64,000 bases of DNA. It comes from the human T2T-CHM13v2.0 reference genome, Homo sapiens. Each line of letters starts with the position of its first letter. Within the stretch, counting starts at the first letter, position 1. The notes below the pieces were generated by a model, which saw nothing but the letters and a program-made list of their open reading frames with translations, made no database searches and had not been told where the DNA came from. Shown here piece by piece: positions 44,772 through 64,000 of this stretch. The stretch lies in assembly GCF_009914755.1 (NCBI RefSeq), contig NC_060940.1. The stretch is one strand, 5' to 3'. Made by a program: the position numbers and the translations under genes.

Positions 44772-45179
44772 CTGGGTTAAGCACTTACATTCATGACATC
44801 ATTTAACACACATACCACCTGGGCAGGGAGATACTGACATACAGGGTACCTCAGAGGCTGTCCCCTGTCCGATTACCAGAATGTGACATAGCCATAATTC
44901 CAACCCTATTCCATGTGACTGTGAAGCCTTTAACCAACTCTCAGCTGCCCTCCTTCAGTCAGGGGTCCCCACAGGGCAGAGTGCAACCAAAGTGGGAGTG
45001 AGACCATTTTCTGTGGTTCACAGACCAGGGCTTTTTCATTTAGAATATCTATTTATTATATATTTAGATATATACATATATTATACTGTGTTGGGGAGAG
45101 AGAGAAAGAGAAGGTGGGGGAGAGAGAAAAAGGAGGCAGGGGGACGGAGAGACAGACACACACCAGGACTTGCACTTTA

Positions 45180-45787
<608 letters not shown>

Positions 45788-45811
45788 TATTATACTTTAT
45801 ATGTACATATA

Positions 45812-45890
45812 CATAGTTAAACCAAATACAATTGCTGTGATTATAGCTTGAAAACGGTCAGATGATGATTTCATATGGTCCACCATAGTA
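45812..45890. mobile_element. MADE2-like mariner MITE
   Basis: AGTTAAACCAAATACAATTGC...AAAACGGTC...ATTTCATATGGTCCACCATAGTA. Confidence 0.55.
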
Positions 45891-45944
45891 TTTGTTTACA
45901 TGTGTGTATTTCTTTGTATTTACAATGACCTTCTTATTCAGGAG

Positions 45945-46065
45945 TAACAGTGACAACAAACCTTTATTGAGCACTTACTAAAAGCTATACACTGTTCTAA
46001 GCATTTTCATACACCAAACACAGCAAAATATTATAATCCCCATTTCAGAGAGGGGAAAATGGAAC
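45945..46065 (-). mobile_element. MIR
   Basis: TTTATTGAGCACTTACTA...CACTGTTCTAAGCATTTT...ATCCCCATTTCAGAGAGGGGAAAATGG. Confidence 0.75.
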
Positions 46066-46447
46066 AATGGCCTTGTTTTATGGCAAGTGATACTGGCTTG
46101 TCACTGATGGTGATGGAAAGCCTCCTCTGTAAACAAGTTTACTGTAAGAAGAATGGGGCCGGGGGTCAGCTGAAAGGAGAGCAAGCAGCACCTATGGTGG
46201 GGACATGGTGGTGCAGGAGGCTGAGGAGGGACTGCAGTTTGGAATCCCCGTACCTGAGGGGCGAGGCAGCAGTGTTCACATACAGAAGCAGAACCCAGCT
46301 TAACCAAGGCCCAAGTTTTGGGAAAGAGTGGGCAGAGCAGAGCAAATTCTGAATGAGGAGTCAGAGGCTGTGGGATCCCATTCTGGGCCCTGGTGAACTC
46401 CCCATGGTACAGGCCCCAACCTCAACAGCTGGTCCTCAGGGCGGCTA

Positions 46448-47560
<1,113 letters not shown>

Positions 47561-47830
47561 GGCCAGAACCCTTGTGACGTGGCCCCTGGAGCTGGGCACA
47601 TGTGGTTCCTCCCTTCTTGGTAGCACTCATCACAGTTGCAATCTGGTCTTCATGTGGACCTGTGGTTGTTCGGTGTTTGTCTCCCATGGACTAGGAGCCC
47701 CTTGAGGGCAGGACCTGCTTGTAGATTCTCCTCCATGTCCCAAGTCCTGGATCTGGCACACACAGGGTACTCAGATCACAGATTAACTGAATAAATGAAC
47801 AAGTGAATGATCTAAAGAAGTCTCCTTCTT

Positions 47831-48125
47831 GGCCGGTGCAGTGGCTCACACCTGTAATCCCAGAACTTTGGGAGGCCGAGGCGGGCAGATCACTTGAGGT
47901 CAGGAGTTGGAAACCAGCCTGGCCAACACGGTAAAACCCCACCTCTACTAAAAATACAAAAATTAGCTGGGCGTGGTGGTACATGTGTATAGTCCCAATT
48001 ACCTGGGAGGCTGAGTTGGGAGCATTGATTGAGCCCACATGTTCAAGGCTGCAGTGAGCTAGATCATGCCTCAGCAGTTCAGCCTGGGTGATAGAGACTA
48101 TCTATTAAAAAAAGAAAAAAAAAGA
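47831..48125 (+). mobile_element. Alu (S/J)
   Basis: Dimer with A tail; L2 fragment upstream (47600-47810), MIR downstream (48280-48460). Confidence 0.88.
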
Positions 48126-48418
48126 CAAAATGAAGCAAAACAAAAACTCTCCCCACAGTCATCTTCCACGGTGTGGTGGCCTTTGAATCCACACAAGCCT
48201 GGGTCCAATCACTGCTCAAAATACACCAGCCTATTAACAACACTCTATGCCAGGCCTGTACCAGGGGTGTTGTGTGCGTGGTGTCTGGTTGCCCAGGTTC
48301 GAGTTTTATGTGCTGGCTGTGTGATGATAGGCAGGTTACTTAACCTCTCTGTGTCTTATCTGTAACACAGGGATAATAACAGTACCAAACTCATAGAACC
48401 CTTGTGAGGATTAAGTGA

Positions 48419-49117
<699 letters not shown>

Positions 49118-49202
49118 GATTTTTCTTATATGTAGAAAAAATCCAAATCACCTTTCCATAGGGTGCTTTCAGCTAATGACTTAGCACAAATTTTTACAGA
49201 CA

Positions 49203-50440
<1,238 letters not shown>

Positions 50441-50992
50441 TGTAATGCGTGTCATCTACCATTCCTATTACGAAGGTGAGAAACAGGCTTGGAAGACTTC
50501 CCTGGCTTTCCAAGGTCATAAGGCTAGCTGTCCTCCGACATAGGACTTGAGCCCGAATCTGAGAATGATAGTTCCACAGCTCCTGCCCCAGAGTCCAGGT
50601 ATCCGGAAGCACTGGTGGTGGGGTTGCTGCTTAACAGCTCTGCCGGGCTGCCTGCCCCACTCTCCAAACACCCATGTGGCAGTAAGGAGCCTCGTCTGTC
50701 CCCTGACCTGGCCACTGAACAGGTGCAGGCAGAAGGCAGGGACATGGGTAGAGGGGCAGGCAGGCATGAGATAAGACCACCTTATCCAAGACCATCTGCT
50801 AGAGATACAGGGGCAGAAAAGAGCCCAGCAGGTTTCTGGCCACCCTGTTGCTGATTACAGAGGGTGACTCATGGTCAAGGGAGGCACAGAGAGGGTAGGG
50901 TCTGAACCCTACCCTGCACCTGCTAGCTGTGACCTCAAGCAAGTCCCTGGATGCCCCAGTCTCTGTTAACTTATCTGTGAGACTGGTGCTAA

Positions 50993-51301
<309 letters not shown>

Positions 51302-51997
51302 TAACTCCACCTCTTAGAAGAGCCAAAAGGCACACCTGAGAGAGTTCATCTTGAATTTAGGTGGTTGAGCAAGCACAGCGATTTACTTGAGCCCACGAGC
51401 AACCTCTGTGAGAGATGTGAGCCTCATCCCCGTCCATTTCACAGACCAGGAAGCCGGGGCTCAGCACTGGTGCCCACAACGAGCCAGGCCCTCCCCACTG
51501 CCCTGCACCTTCCTCCTGGACTGTCGTGTGAGCACGGGGTGGGGGTGAGACAGTGGGGTACCTAGACCCCTGGAGGACAAGGAGGAAGACCAGAGGGGGC
51601 CCTGGTCTCTGTCACAACCCCCCCCTCTATTGCCAGTTTCTCACTAAAGTGAAGATACACAAGACTAGGCACAGCGTTGGGTCTGTTCATTCTGCAGATT
51701 CTACAAACATTCATCCATCACCCGCTATGGACCAAGCACTAGGTTGAACCAAGTGATACACGGATGCTGGTGCCAAAAAGGTAACAGTACAACATGACTC
51801 AGAAAGAGCTACATGTGGGGGCTTGTGAGGCCAAATGCAAACACATCTTCAAGGAACACAGAGCACTGTAGCAGTTTCACTGGCAGAACCAGCACATTGC
51901 CTTGGAGGCCACAGTCCATAGGGCCATCAGGGGTCCCAAAGTCACATAGCAGAGGGCAAATGAGGGGAACCAGGGTGTGGAGGAAGGCATCTTCCAG

Positions 51998-52511
51998 AAG
52001 AAGGGTCAACAAATTATAGCCCACAGGCCAAATCTAGCTGCTCCTTGATTTTTTTTTTTTTTTTTGAGACAGAGTCTCGCTCTGTCACCCAGGCTGGAGT
52101 GCAGTGGCACAGTCTCCACTCACTGCAAGCTCCACCTCCTGGGTTCACGCCATTGTCCTGCCTCAGCCTCCCAAGTAGCTGGGACTACAGGTGCCCGCTA
52201 CCACGCCCAGCTAATTATTTGTATTTTTAGTAGAGATGGGGTTTCACTGTGTTAGCCAGGATGGTCTTGATCTCCTGACCTCGTGATCCGCCCGCCTTGG
52301 CCTCCCAAAGTGCTGGGATTACAGGCGTGAGCCACCGCACCCGGCCTGATTTTGTAAATAAAGTTTTATTGGCACACAGCCATACCCCCTCATTTACATA
52401 TTGCATACGGCTGCCTTCCAGCTACAGCTGCAGCCTTAAGAGTTGTCATGGCCCACGAGGCTTAAAATATTTACTATGTGGCCCTTTATGGAGAAAGTAT
52501 GCCCACACCTG
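51998..52511 (+). mobile_element. MER58A split by AluY (52048-52346, -)
   Basis: GGGTCAACAAATTATAGCCCACAGGCCAAATC...TTTTGTAAATAAAGTTTTATTGGCACACAGCCA...AAAATATTTACTATGTGGCCCTTTA. Confidence 0.88.
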
Positions 52512-53109
52512 TTCTGGAAGATCAGTTGCATGAGGTTAGAACTTTGTCAGTTTCATGCTCTGCCATCTCCCAAGCACCCGTCACAGTGCCCAGTCCAGAG
52601 CAGATGCTTATAAAGTGATGGGAGGCTGCTTGTATCACATTCTAATTCTGTGACCATGAGCTAGTTAAGTACTTATTCGAAAATGCATCCTCCGATCAAG
52701 TGGGAAGGAGTCCAGCCCCACCTCCAGCCCTTGACAACACAATGGAGAATAAGGAGGCGCAGCCCTGTACCCCTTTCTGGTCTCCTGGCCCCCGGGTAGC
52801 TCATCTCCTGCCCTGCCCTTGGTGTCCTGGGGCTGCCCTGCAAGCCTAGCCAGGCCTGTGAATCATCAGGACTGACTCACTGTCTAAAAATACATATTGT
52901 CTCATGTTGGCGGGTGCTGCTTTGATCACTGTTTGCACTCAATCTAGTCTTTTTCTGCTTGACTTTGAGGTCTTTGTGCGCAAGGTCTGGGTTTTCGCCA
53001 CTCTGAGTCCCCAGGGCCAGGTTCCTGTTGCAGCCTGGAGCCGGAAAAGAATCTGGGAGGAAGAGGTTGGGTGTTGGGGCCAGCAGACTAGGGGACGACA
53101 GATCCTGCC

Positions 53110-53220
53110 CTGCCACTCATTTGCTGTGCAACTCTCAGCAAAGCACCCAACCTCTCCGAGCCCTCGCTTCCCCATCTGTGAAGTGGGGATCATAAGGCCC
53201 ATCCTGCAAGGTGGTTTCCG
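53110..53220 (+). mobile_element. MIR
   Basis: CCTCTCCGAGCCCTCGCTTCCCCATCTGTGAAGTGGGGATCATAA. Confidence 0.7.
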
Positions 53221-53719
53221 CGGTGAAAATAGAAAACGAGGGCTGTTCCTACAGCCTGTGTGTCTTGGGAGGAACTGCTCATCATCTGTGATCCTTTTTT
53301 ACCTGATTACGGGAAAGGGGAGTGATCTGCTCACTGACCCCCGGCTGGGCTTTTCCCTGCCAGTGAAATCATTTGAAATTGTCCAAGGAAATCAGGAACC
53401 TGAGCCGACGCAGAGTCACCGAGCTTGGTGCCAAGCACTGGGGGAGCTCCAGTTACAGAAAACAAGTGGAATCCACAGGCCCCGGGCTGAACGTGGAACT
53501 AATTTGGGAGGCAATGAGAAAGAGCGGAACATAACGCGGAGCCCGGGAGGCAGGTCTGCCCTGAGTCAGGACGCCATCCGGGGGGGTATCTGGGGCCCCT
53601 TGAAATTTTCAAGGTCCTGCTTCTGAAGTGGGGAGAGCCGGGACATGATGGGGACCCACTTCGGAATCTCAGGATGGCTGTGCAGAGACTCAGGGCACGG
53701 GCCTGGGGTCGGAGCAACT

Positions 53720-53885
53720 GCAATCACATCCTGACTTGCCCCCTCGATGCTGTGTGACCCGGGGCCTGTCGCTTCACCTCTCTGAGCCTCAGCTGCCGCA
53801 TCTGTGAATGTACGATCTAGGGATCCCTCCCTCAGAGGGCTGCTTCATAGAAGGCTCAGTACCATGCCAGGCACGTAAGCCACTC
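53720..53885 (+). mobile_element. MIR
   Basis: GCTGTGTGACCC...CACCTCTCTGAGCCTCAG...CATCTGTGAATG. Confidence 0.7.
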
Positions 53886-54144
53886 TCAGGAAATCAGACA
53901 TGTCGAGACATGACATCGGGGGTTGGGGGCAGCATTAGAGGAGCAAAGACCAGTAACGTCTCCCCCATTCATCTGTTCGTTCAGCAGATACTTAAGAACA
54001 TGCAACCTGTGCCAGACTGAGGAACACAGGAGGGAACAAGACAGACCTAGCCCCACGCAAAAGGAAACAAATAGTGTGTACCTAATTGCAATCATCGTTT
54101 GAAGGATAAGAACAGGGTGCTTGGATAAAAAAATAACTGGGGCG

Positions 54145-54520
<376 letters not shown>

Positions 54521-55374
54521 TCAAATTTAGTAAAATGTTAGTGAGTTGATGTTGCTGTTTCAAAATTTTCATAATAAAATGTTGGGGGAAAGTAACAAAA
54601 CCAAGAAGAAAAAGAGGTAGAAACAAATTCTTTAACAGCTCTCTTTTCCTACGGAACACTGTCCAGGTGCTTAGCCGGGCAGCCAACACACAAATCCTTG
54701 CCTCACGCCCCAAACTCACTCTAAGTGTGTAGCCCTGGGCACACCCTCAAACCTCTCCGAGGCTGCAGTCCTGGTCTCGTAGGAAGTGAGAGGCCATCCT
54801 CCGGGAGAGGCAAGGCTGAGATGCACACAGTTGTTTTCAGAGCAGCAAGGCCACTTCGGCAACACCCAGAGCTTAGGGAGGACGTGGTCAACCAGCCTTT
54901 ACTGGGGCCTGGGAGACTCCCCACTGACACAAACTCCCTTCTGGTTTGCACTGGGGACGTTCAGTCCCTTGGGTTATGCATTCACTGGTCCAATAGATAT
55001 TTTCTGTGTGCCAGGCCCTGCACGGGGCACTGTAGTGTGAAGTCTGTCAGGTTCTTCCCTTTAAAGAACACCCCCAAGACACAGACAGATCCAATCCAGT
55101 GAGACACACACTCCGAGGGAGCCAAGTCCAGCACCACAGCACAAATCCTGCCAACTCCAGCCTGGATAGACGCCAAGCCCCACAGCCAGACTTCAGACTG
55201 ACTCCCGCCTCAGTCCGGAACCTCAGCACAGGAAGGACCCTCGTGTCAGGATATCCAGGCCCCGCCCCAGCCCAATGGCCCCTGCCCCTTCTCTATGAAC
55301 TAGCTTGAGCTCCCCGCCCTCTGGGGACAGAAGCCCCCCAGTGAGTCTGCTGCAGTCACAACAAAAGGTAATGG

Positions 55375-55655
55375 GGGCCAGGCGCGGTGGTTCACGCCTG
55401 TAATCCCAGCACTTTGAGGTTAAGGCGGGCTTATCACTAGAGGTCAGGAGTTTGAGACCAGCCTGGCCAACATGGTGAAACCCCATCTCTACTGAAAAAA
55501 CAAAAATTAGCCGGCAGTGGTGGCGTGCACCTGTGATCCCAGCTACTCAGAGGCAGGAGAATCGCTTGGACCCAGGAGGCGGAGGTTGCAGTGAGCCGAG
55601 ATCACACCACTGCACCCCAGCCTGGGTGAGAGAGGGAGACTCCGTCTCTAAAAAA
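55375..55655 (+). mobile_element. AluS with TSD AATGGGG
   Basis: Dimer with small deletions. Confidence 0.92.
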
Positions 55656-55889
55656 CGCAATGGGGTTGTGGTGTCCACTTGGGAAGAGCTGGGGAGGCAA
55701 AGGGAATAGGAATGATCTACTCCCCTGCCAGCCAGGCTGAGGCTGTGATCCAGCACAGATGACCCGAGTCAGGACAGCTTAGAGGGTCCCACCCAGTTTA
55801 GAGATCACATTCTCCAATTTGGCCAGAATTACACCTGCGTCCTCCAGCGAGGCATGGACCCAGAAATTATGCTTAGGGTCTCCTTCCAG

Positions 55890-56185
55890 CTTCACGACAG
55901 CCTCAGGAGGTAGATGCTGTCATGACCCCCACTTTGTAGGCGGGGAAACTAAAGTTCAGAGAAGTCACATAACTTGCCCAAGGTCACACACAGCCAGCCA
56001 TGGCCACTGCCTTTACTTAAACAAGAGCAACAACAATCATGACAGCTGGAGTCACTTTAAGTGCATTATCTCATTTGACCAGAAGTAGGAAAACTTCTTG
56101 TCTCCATTTTACAGAGCAGAAAACTCAAGTTCAGAGAGACTCAGTAACTTGCCTGAAACAACTGAATAGGAAGATGGCAGAGCCA
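55890..56185 (-). mobile_element. Two MIR fragments
   Basis: GAAACTAAAGTTCAGAGAAGT...AACTTGCCCAAGGTCACACA; CATTTTACAGAGCAGAAAACTCAAGTTCAGAGA. Confidence 0.75.
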
Positions 56186-56232
56186 GCCTACGACAAACAG
56201 GATAACAGTAAGAATGGCAGCTATATTCATTC

Positions 56233-56998
<766 letters not shown>

Positions 56999-57084
56999 TT
57001 AGCTAATATTCATGGAGCTCTTGCTAAGTGTCAGGCCTGTGCTGAGCATTCTGCATCATTTTAGACCTGCACAACTCACACTTT

Positions 57085-58050
<966 letters not shown>

Positions 58051-58059
58051 CATCTCACA

Positions 58060-58176
58060 CTTTAATGTACACACAGATCACCTGGGGGTCTTGCTAAAAT
58101 ACAGATTCTGGTTCAGTAGGTCTGGATTTCTAACAAATGTCCAGGTGATACTGAGCTATTGTTCCAGAGACCACTC

Positions 58177-58177
<1 letters not shown>
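58060..58177. mobile_element. MER5A-like fragment
   Basis: ATCACCTGGGGGTCTTGCTAAAATACAGATTCTGGTTCAGTAGGTCTGG. Confidence 0.7.
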
Positions 58178-58489
<312 letters not shown>

Positions 58490-58514
58490 CTCAATTTTTT
58501 TTTTCATAAAATAA

Positions 58515-58610
58515 AAATCAAAATGCAAAAATCATTCTTAGTTTAACGTCCATGCAAAAATAGACGGTCAACCAGATCTGGCCTGTGAGCCACAGGATGC
58601 GGACCCTTGT
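58515..58610 (+). mobile_element. MER58B 3' fragment
   Basis: AAATGCAAAAATCATTCTTAG...CCAGATCTGGCCTGTGAGCCACAG. Confidence 0.6.
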
Positions 58611-58734
58611 TCTACAATGTCAGTTCCAGGAGGGCATGTCTGTCTGTCTGTCTGATTATGTTTCCTGAAGTATCACTTGCGTCTAAAACAGTGCCTGGCA
58701 TCTAGTAGCTGCTCAAAAAATATTTGCTGAATGA

Positions 58735-59070
<336 letters not shown>

Positions 59071-59257
59071 TCTTGTTTAATTCTTACAACTGCTTTACCA
59101 AGGGGTTACATATATGAATATTGTGTACAGAGGAAGAAATGATGAGAGTAATGTCTCTGGATTTATCGACGGGAAAACAGGCATAGAGATGGCATGTTCC
59201 AGCCTGTGCAGCTGGTCTCCTAGAGGAAGCAAAAGCACTGCGATCCTCCTCAGCAGT

Positions 59258-59510
59258 TCGAGAACCTCCTCCCCAACAGATCGCCCCGTCCCCAGGCGGC
59301 TCCAGGCCCCGACCCTGAAGCTTGAGACCCCACCCCCAGAAAGCTCGAGGCCCCGCCCCTTAGGCATGAGGCCCCGCCCCCAGCCGGCCGGAGGCTCCGT
59401 CCCCAGACAGCTTGAGGCCCCGCCCCCAAAGAGCCTGAGGCCCCACCCCCAGGCGGCTCGGGGCCCCGCCCCTGCAGCCCGAGGCCCCGCCTCCAAGGGG
59501 CTCGAGTCCT
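59258..59510. promoter_or_regulatory. Degenerate tandem array of GC-boxes (Sp/KLF sites), CpG-rich; candidate promoter/enhancer
   Basis: ~11 units of ~21-23 bp, consensus TYGAGGCCCCGCCCCCAGNNAGC; repeat seen directly, function inferred. Confidence 0.6.
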
Positions 59511-59833
59511 CACTGGACCAAGCGACACAGAACTGGGTGCGTCCCCAGCACAGCAGGTCCGGGACCCCTCACGCCAGCCACATCTCGGGCCAGGCCTCGC
59601 GGAACTCTCACTGGCAATAAAAAGCAGCCATACGTTCTCTCCTATGTTTGTTGGAAGCAACAAACAGCCCGGCCCAGCCAGCTTGGGCAACCAGGCCTCA
59701 CTCCACAAGGCGGGGCGCAGGTCAGGGGACACTGTCGAGGATGTTTCCAAAGCCCGGCAGGTCAGGGCCTGGCACACAGATCCCCTTCAGGGGCCAGTCT
59801 GGTAACATAGACATGTGAAACGGGTGGAGTTGA

Positions 59834-59856
59834 AACCACAGGCGCCAAATGGCCGC
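59834..59856. promoter_or_regulatory. Abutting RUNX (AACCACA), E2F-like (GGCGCCAAA) and YY1-like (CAAATGGCCGC) motifs
   Basis: AACCACAGGCGCCAAATGGCCGC; motif match only. Confidence 0.35.
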
Positions 59857-60244
59857 TACTGCCACAGGCAGTGACACCTGTCCAGTTTCGGGGCTTTTTA
59901 AAGCCCTCTGTGGCTGAGGCAACGCGTCAGAGAGACCCACGTGGCTGAAAGCTTGTTGGTTTCACAGAGGGCGCCTCCCACTTCATGGCCTTTGCCCATG
60001 CTCAGCCTGTGATGTTCTTCTTGCAAAACCATTCTTAGTTCCTAATCCCTGCAAAAACACTTGGCCAACAAGATCTGGGCCGTGAGCTGCGTGTGCAGAC
60101 CCCTGTCGGCCCCATTAGCTAACTCCTTCTCTGACTTCAAGTCTCAGAGAATTCTTCCCCAACACAGGCACCCCACCCCGCACCTCCCTTGTCACAGGGC
60201 AATTTCACATTTGTTTGCTTACTTGATCAGTGTCTGTCTACCCT

Positions 60245-60667
60245 TGTATTCCTTTCCCAGGGCTACAGTAACAAATTATCATAAAGCTTAAAACCACAGA
60301 ATGTATTGTCTCACAGTTGCGGGGAACAGAAGTCCAAAACCAAGGTGTTGGCAGGGTTGGCTCCTTCTGGAGGTTCCCAGGGAGAATCAGATCCATGCCC
60401 ATCTCCTGGCTGATGGTGACTCCTTGGCTGGTGGCAGCATCACTGCAATCTCTGCCTTTCTCATCACACAGCACTCTCCCTGTATGCATCTGTGTGCCAG
60501 GGTCCCTCTTCGTATAAGAACCCCAGTCGTGCCATATAGAGGGCCCATCCTAAAACAGTATGACTTCATCTTATCTTGACAACATCTGCAAAGACTCCAT
60601 TTCCAAATAAGGTCATATTTGCAGGTTCCAGGTGGATGTGAATTTTCAGAGGACACTGTGCAACCCA
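60245..60667 (-). mobile_element. MLT1B-like LTR
   Basis: TGTATT...CCAGGGCTACAGTAACAAATTA...CAGAAGTCCAAAACCAAGGTGTTGGCAGGGTTGG...CATCTGCAAAGACTCCATTTCCAAATAAGGTCA. Confidence 0.88.
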
Positions 60668-60884
60668 GGAGAGCCCCCAAGTGTGGGGGGTCCACTTACA
60701 CTGTGCCTGGAAGGTGGGGACCCCCTTGCTGAAACCCTTCACTCACTTGCCACCAGTACCCTGGCCTGATCTCTGCTGGGGTGAGAGGGTGACTGTGAAC
60801 AAGACGGGGAGGAGAGATGGTCCAGGAGTGCACTGGCCAGGGCGGGAGCTGGTGGTGAGGGCACAGTGGGTACTTGATGTCTCA

Positions 60885-61705
<821 letters not shown>

Positions 61706-62112
61706 AAGTGACATGTAGTGTGAAAGCCACATTGGATCCCAGGACTGTTATGGAAACTGAGGTTTGCTGTGGCTGGGCCACTTTCATTGAGGTCACAGCT
61801 CTGACTTGGCAGCAGGCACTGAACTACACAAAGCAGGATTCCTGTTTAATGGGAGATAAGGAACAATTACAGTGTCAAGAGGTGAGGCCAGTTTGAGCAT
61901 TTCAGTCCCCAAGCATACCCAGGAGGGCTAGACTCAAGAAGAGAAACTTTAGGATGGCTCTAGATGCCAGAGGGAAGGGTTTGGGGTGAGGTGGGGAGAT
62001 GGAAGTGGAGGTGCTGATCTGGGTACCGTCCCCAAGGCTGAGAAGGAGCCTGGGACTTGGCAGAGTCCCAAGAAGAGACAGGGGGTATGAGGGCCCTTGG
62101 TACTAAAAACAG

Positions 62113-62438
<326 letters not shown>

Positions 62439-62679
62439 CTAAGAATAAGGCTCTTTCTGGCTGCTAGGAAGGGCCCCGGTCCCTAAGCTTGGCTCATGAG
62501 CAGTGGAGCTGCCACCTTTGAGGGCTCCTGGAGCTTGGAGTCAGGGCACAGAGCAGGCCCAGTGTGGATTTGAGCCTGGAGGGCCTTTCCACACATACCT
62601 GACCCAATATGCTCCTGAGACCTTCTCCCAGCTCTGGGGAGCAATGGCAGGGAGCCCTGGTATTAAATAATTGTGGCTA

Positions 62680-62982
<303 letters not shown>

Positions 62983-63051
62983 AATGATTGTGGTTCACAA
63001 CACATTCCATTTAATTTAGAAAAAAATAATGGATTATGGCTTAAAAAAAAA

Positions 63052-63328
63052 ACAGAGTCTTGTTCTGTTGCTCAGGCTGGAGTGCAGTAGTATAATCATA
63101 GCTCACCACAGCCTTGAACTTCTGGGCTCAAGCAATCTCCCTGCCTCAGCCTCCCAAGTAGCTGGGACTATAGGTGCACACCAACACACCCTGCCTTTTT
63201 TTTTTTTTTTTTTTGGTAGGATGGGGGTCTTGCTACGTTGCCCAGGCGGGTCGGGAACTCCTCAAGCAATCCTCCTGCCTCGGCCTTCCAAAGTACTGGT
63301 ATGATAGGCATGAGTCACTGCGCCTGGC
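63052..63328 (-). mobile_element. AluJ
   Basis: Antisense dimer, tail degraded. Confidence 0.88.
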
Positions 63329-63706
63329 TAGATTGTAATGTTTTTACAACCCATGTTTGTGGAGTGAAACTTATGTGTGTGATTAATGGTCAGGGATTCC
63401 ACCAGGGAGACTGGGGGCCACTCCCCTGACAGCCTCTGGAAACCCCACCCCTAGACTGTCCTCAGCTACTCAGCTGCATCTCTTAACCCCTGCAAAGCAC
63501 TTAGAGCAATGCCTTGTGTGTAGCAAGGTTGCATAAGAGCCTGCTCTTACTGCTGCTGTTTTCATTCCATCTAGCACTTTACAAGCTTCAGGCAAGAAGT
63601 CCTAGATTCATGAAACACCAGCATGTCCTCCTGGGAAGAAAAGGCTCTTGGAGAGCCGAGCTTATGACAGAAAAGAGACATCAACAAATTCTCCTCCTAA
63701 TATTTC

Positions 63707-64000
63707 TTGATTGATTGATTGATTGAGACAGGGTCTCACTCTGTTGCCCAGGCTGGAGTGCAGTGGTGAGATCACAGCTCCCTGTAGCCTCAACTTCTCA
63801 GGCTCAAGCAATCCTCCTGCCTCAGCCTCCTGAGTAGCTGGAACCACAGACACCTACCACAATGCCTGGCTAATTTTAAAATTTCTTGTAGAGATGGGGT
63901 CTTGACACATTGCCCAGGCTGGTCTCAAACTCCTGAGTTCAAGCAGTCTGCCCATCTTAGCCTTCCAAAGCGCTGGCACTACAGGTGTGAGCCACGGCAC
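63707..64000 (-). mobile_element. AluJ with (GATT)n tail, runs off window end
   Basis: Antisense dimer. Confidence 0.92.

Noticed and set aside
50892-50915. Perfect 10-bp hairpin AGGGTAGGGT-CTGA-ACCCTACCCT
   Set aside because: Short, in MIR-like sequence, plausible by chance in 64 kb.
52904-53626. 240 aa ORF
   Set aside because: Non-ATG start, crosses a MIR, no recognisable homology.
59258-59510. CRISPR-like repeat-spacer array
   Set aside because: Human DNA, degenerate units with short related spacers, no cas genes.
59114-59620. 168 aa ATG ORF ending in a TAA that overlaps AATAAA
   Set aside because: Runs through the GC-rich array where stops are scarce; overlapping antisense ORFs are similarly long; no recognisable domain. 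Ribo-seq or PhyloCSF would be needed.

Overview
Human genomic DNA: it carries intact AluYa5 and Ya8-like copies, which are human-lineage subfamilies. The window is a GC-rich, very Alu-dense intergenic or intronic interval. About 90 Alu/FLAM pieces cover roughly 35-40% of it, inserted into older L1M, L2, MIR, MaLR LTR (THE1/MLT1) and DNA-transposon fossils (MER91A, MER53, two MER82, MER44A, MER58, MER5A, MADE2). I cannot support any protein-coding exon, tRNA, rRNA or CRISPR array. The long ORFs I checked are translations of Alus, low-complexity or GC-rich sequence, and none resembles a known protein. I cannot name the locus. Repeat family calls come from recalled consensus sequences and boundaries are approximate. 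I found no new gene system. The most notable items are: (i) several local copy events, where direct or inverted templated duplications and Alu-Alu gene-conversion tracts copy sequence from 0.3-3 kb away, including a near-identical inverted copy with complex junctions at 30.9-31.2 kb; (ii) a tandem array of about 11 GC-boxes with a ~21-23 bp period at 59.3-59.5 kb, near a RUNX/E2F/YY1 motif cluster (candidate orphan promoter or enhancer); (iii) CpG-rich ancient L1 sequence at 16.1-18.0 kb; (iv) a ~970 bp near-pure purine tract; (v) two very young Alu insertions.
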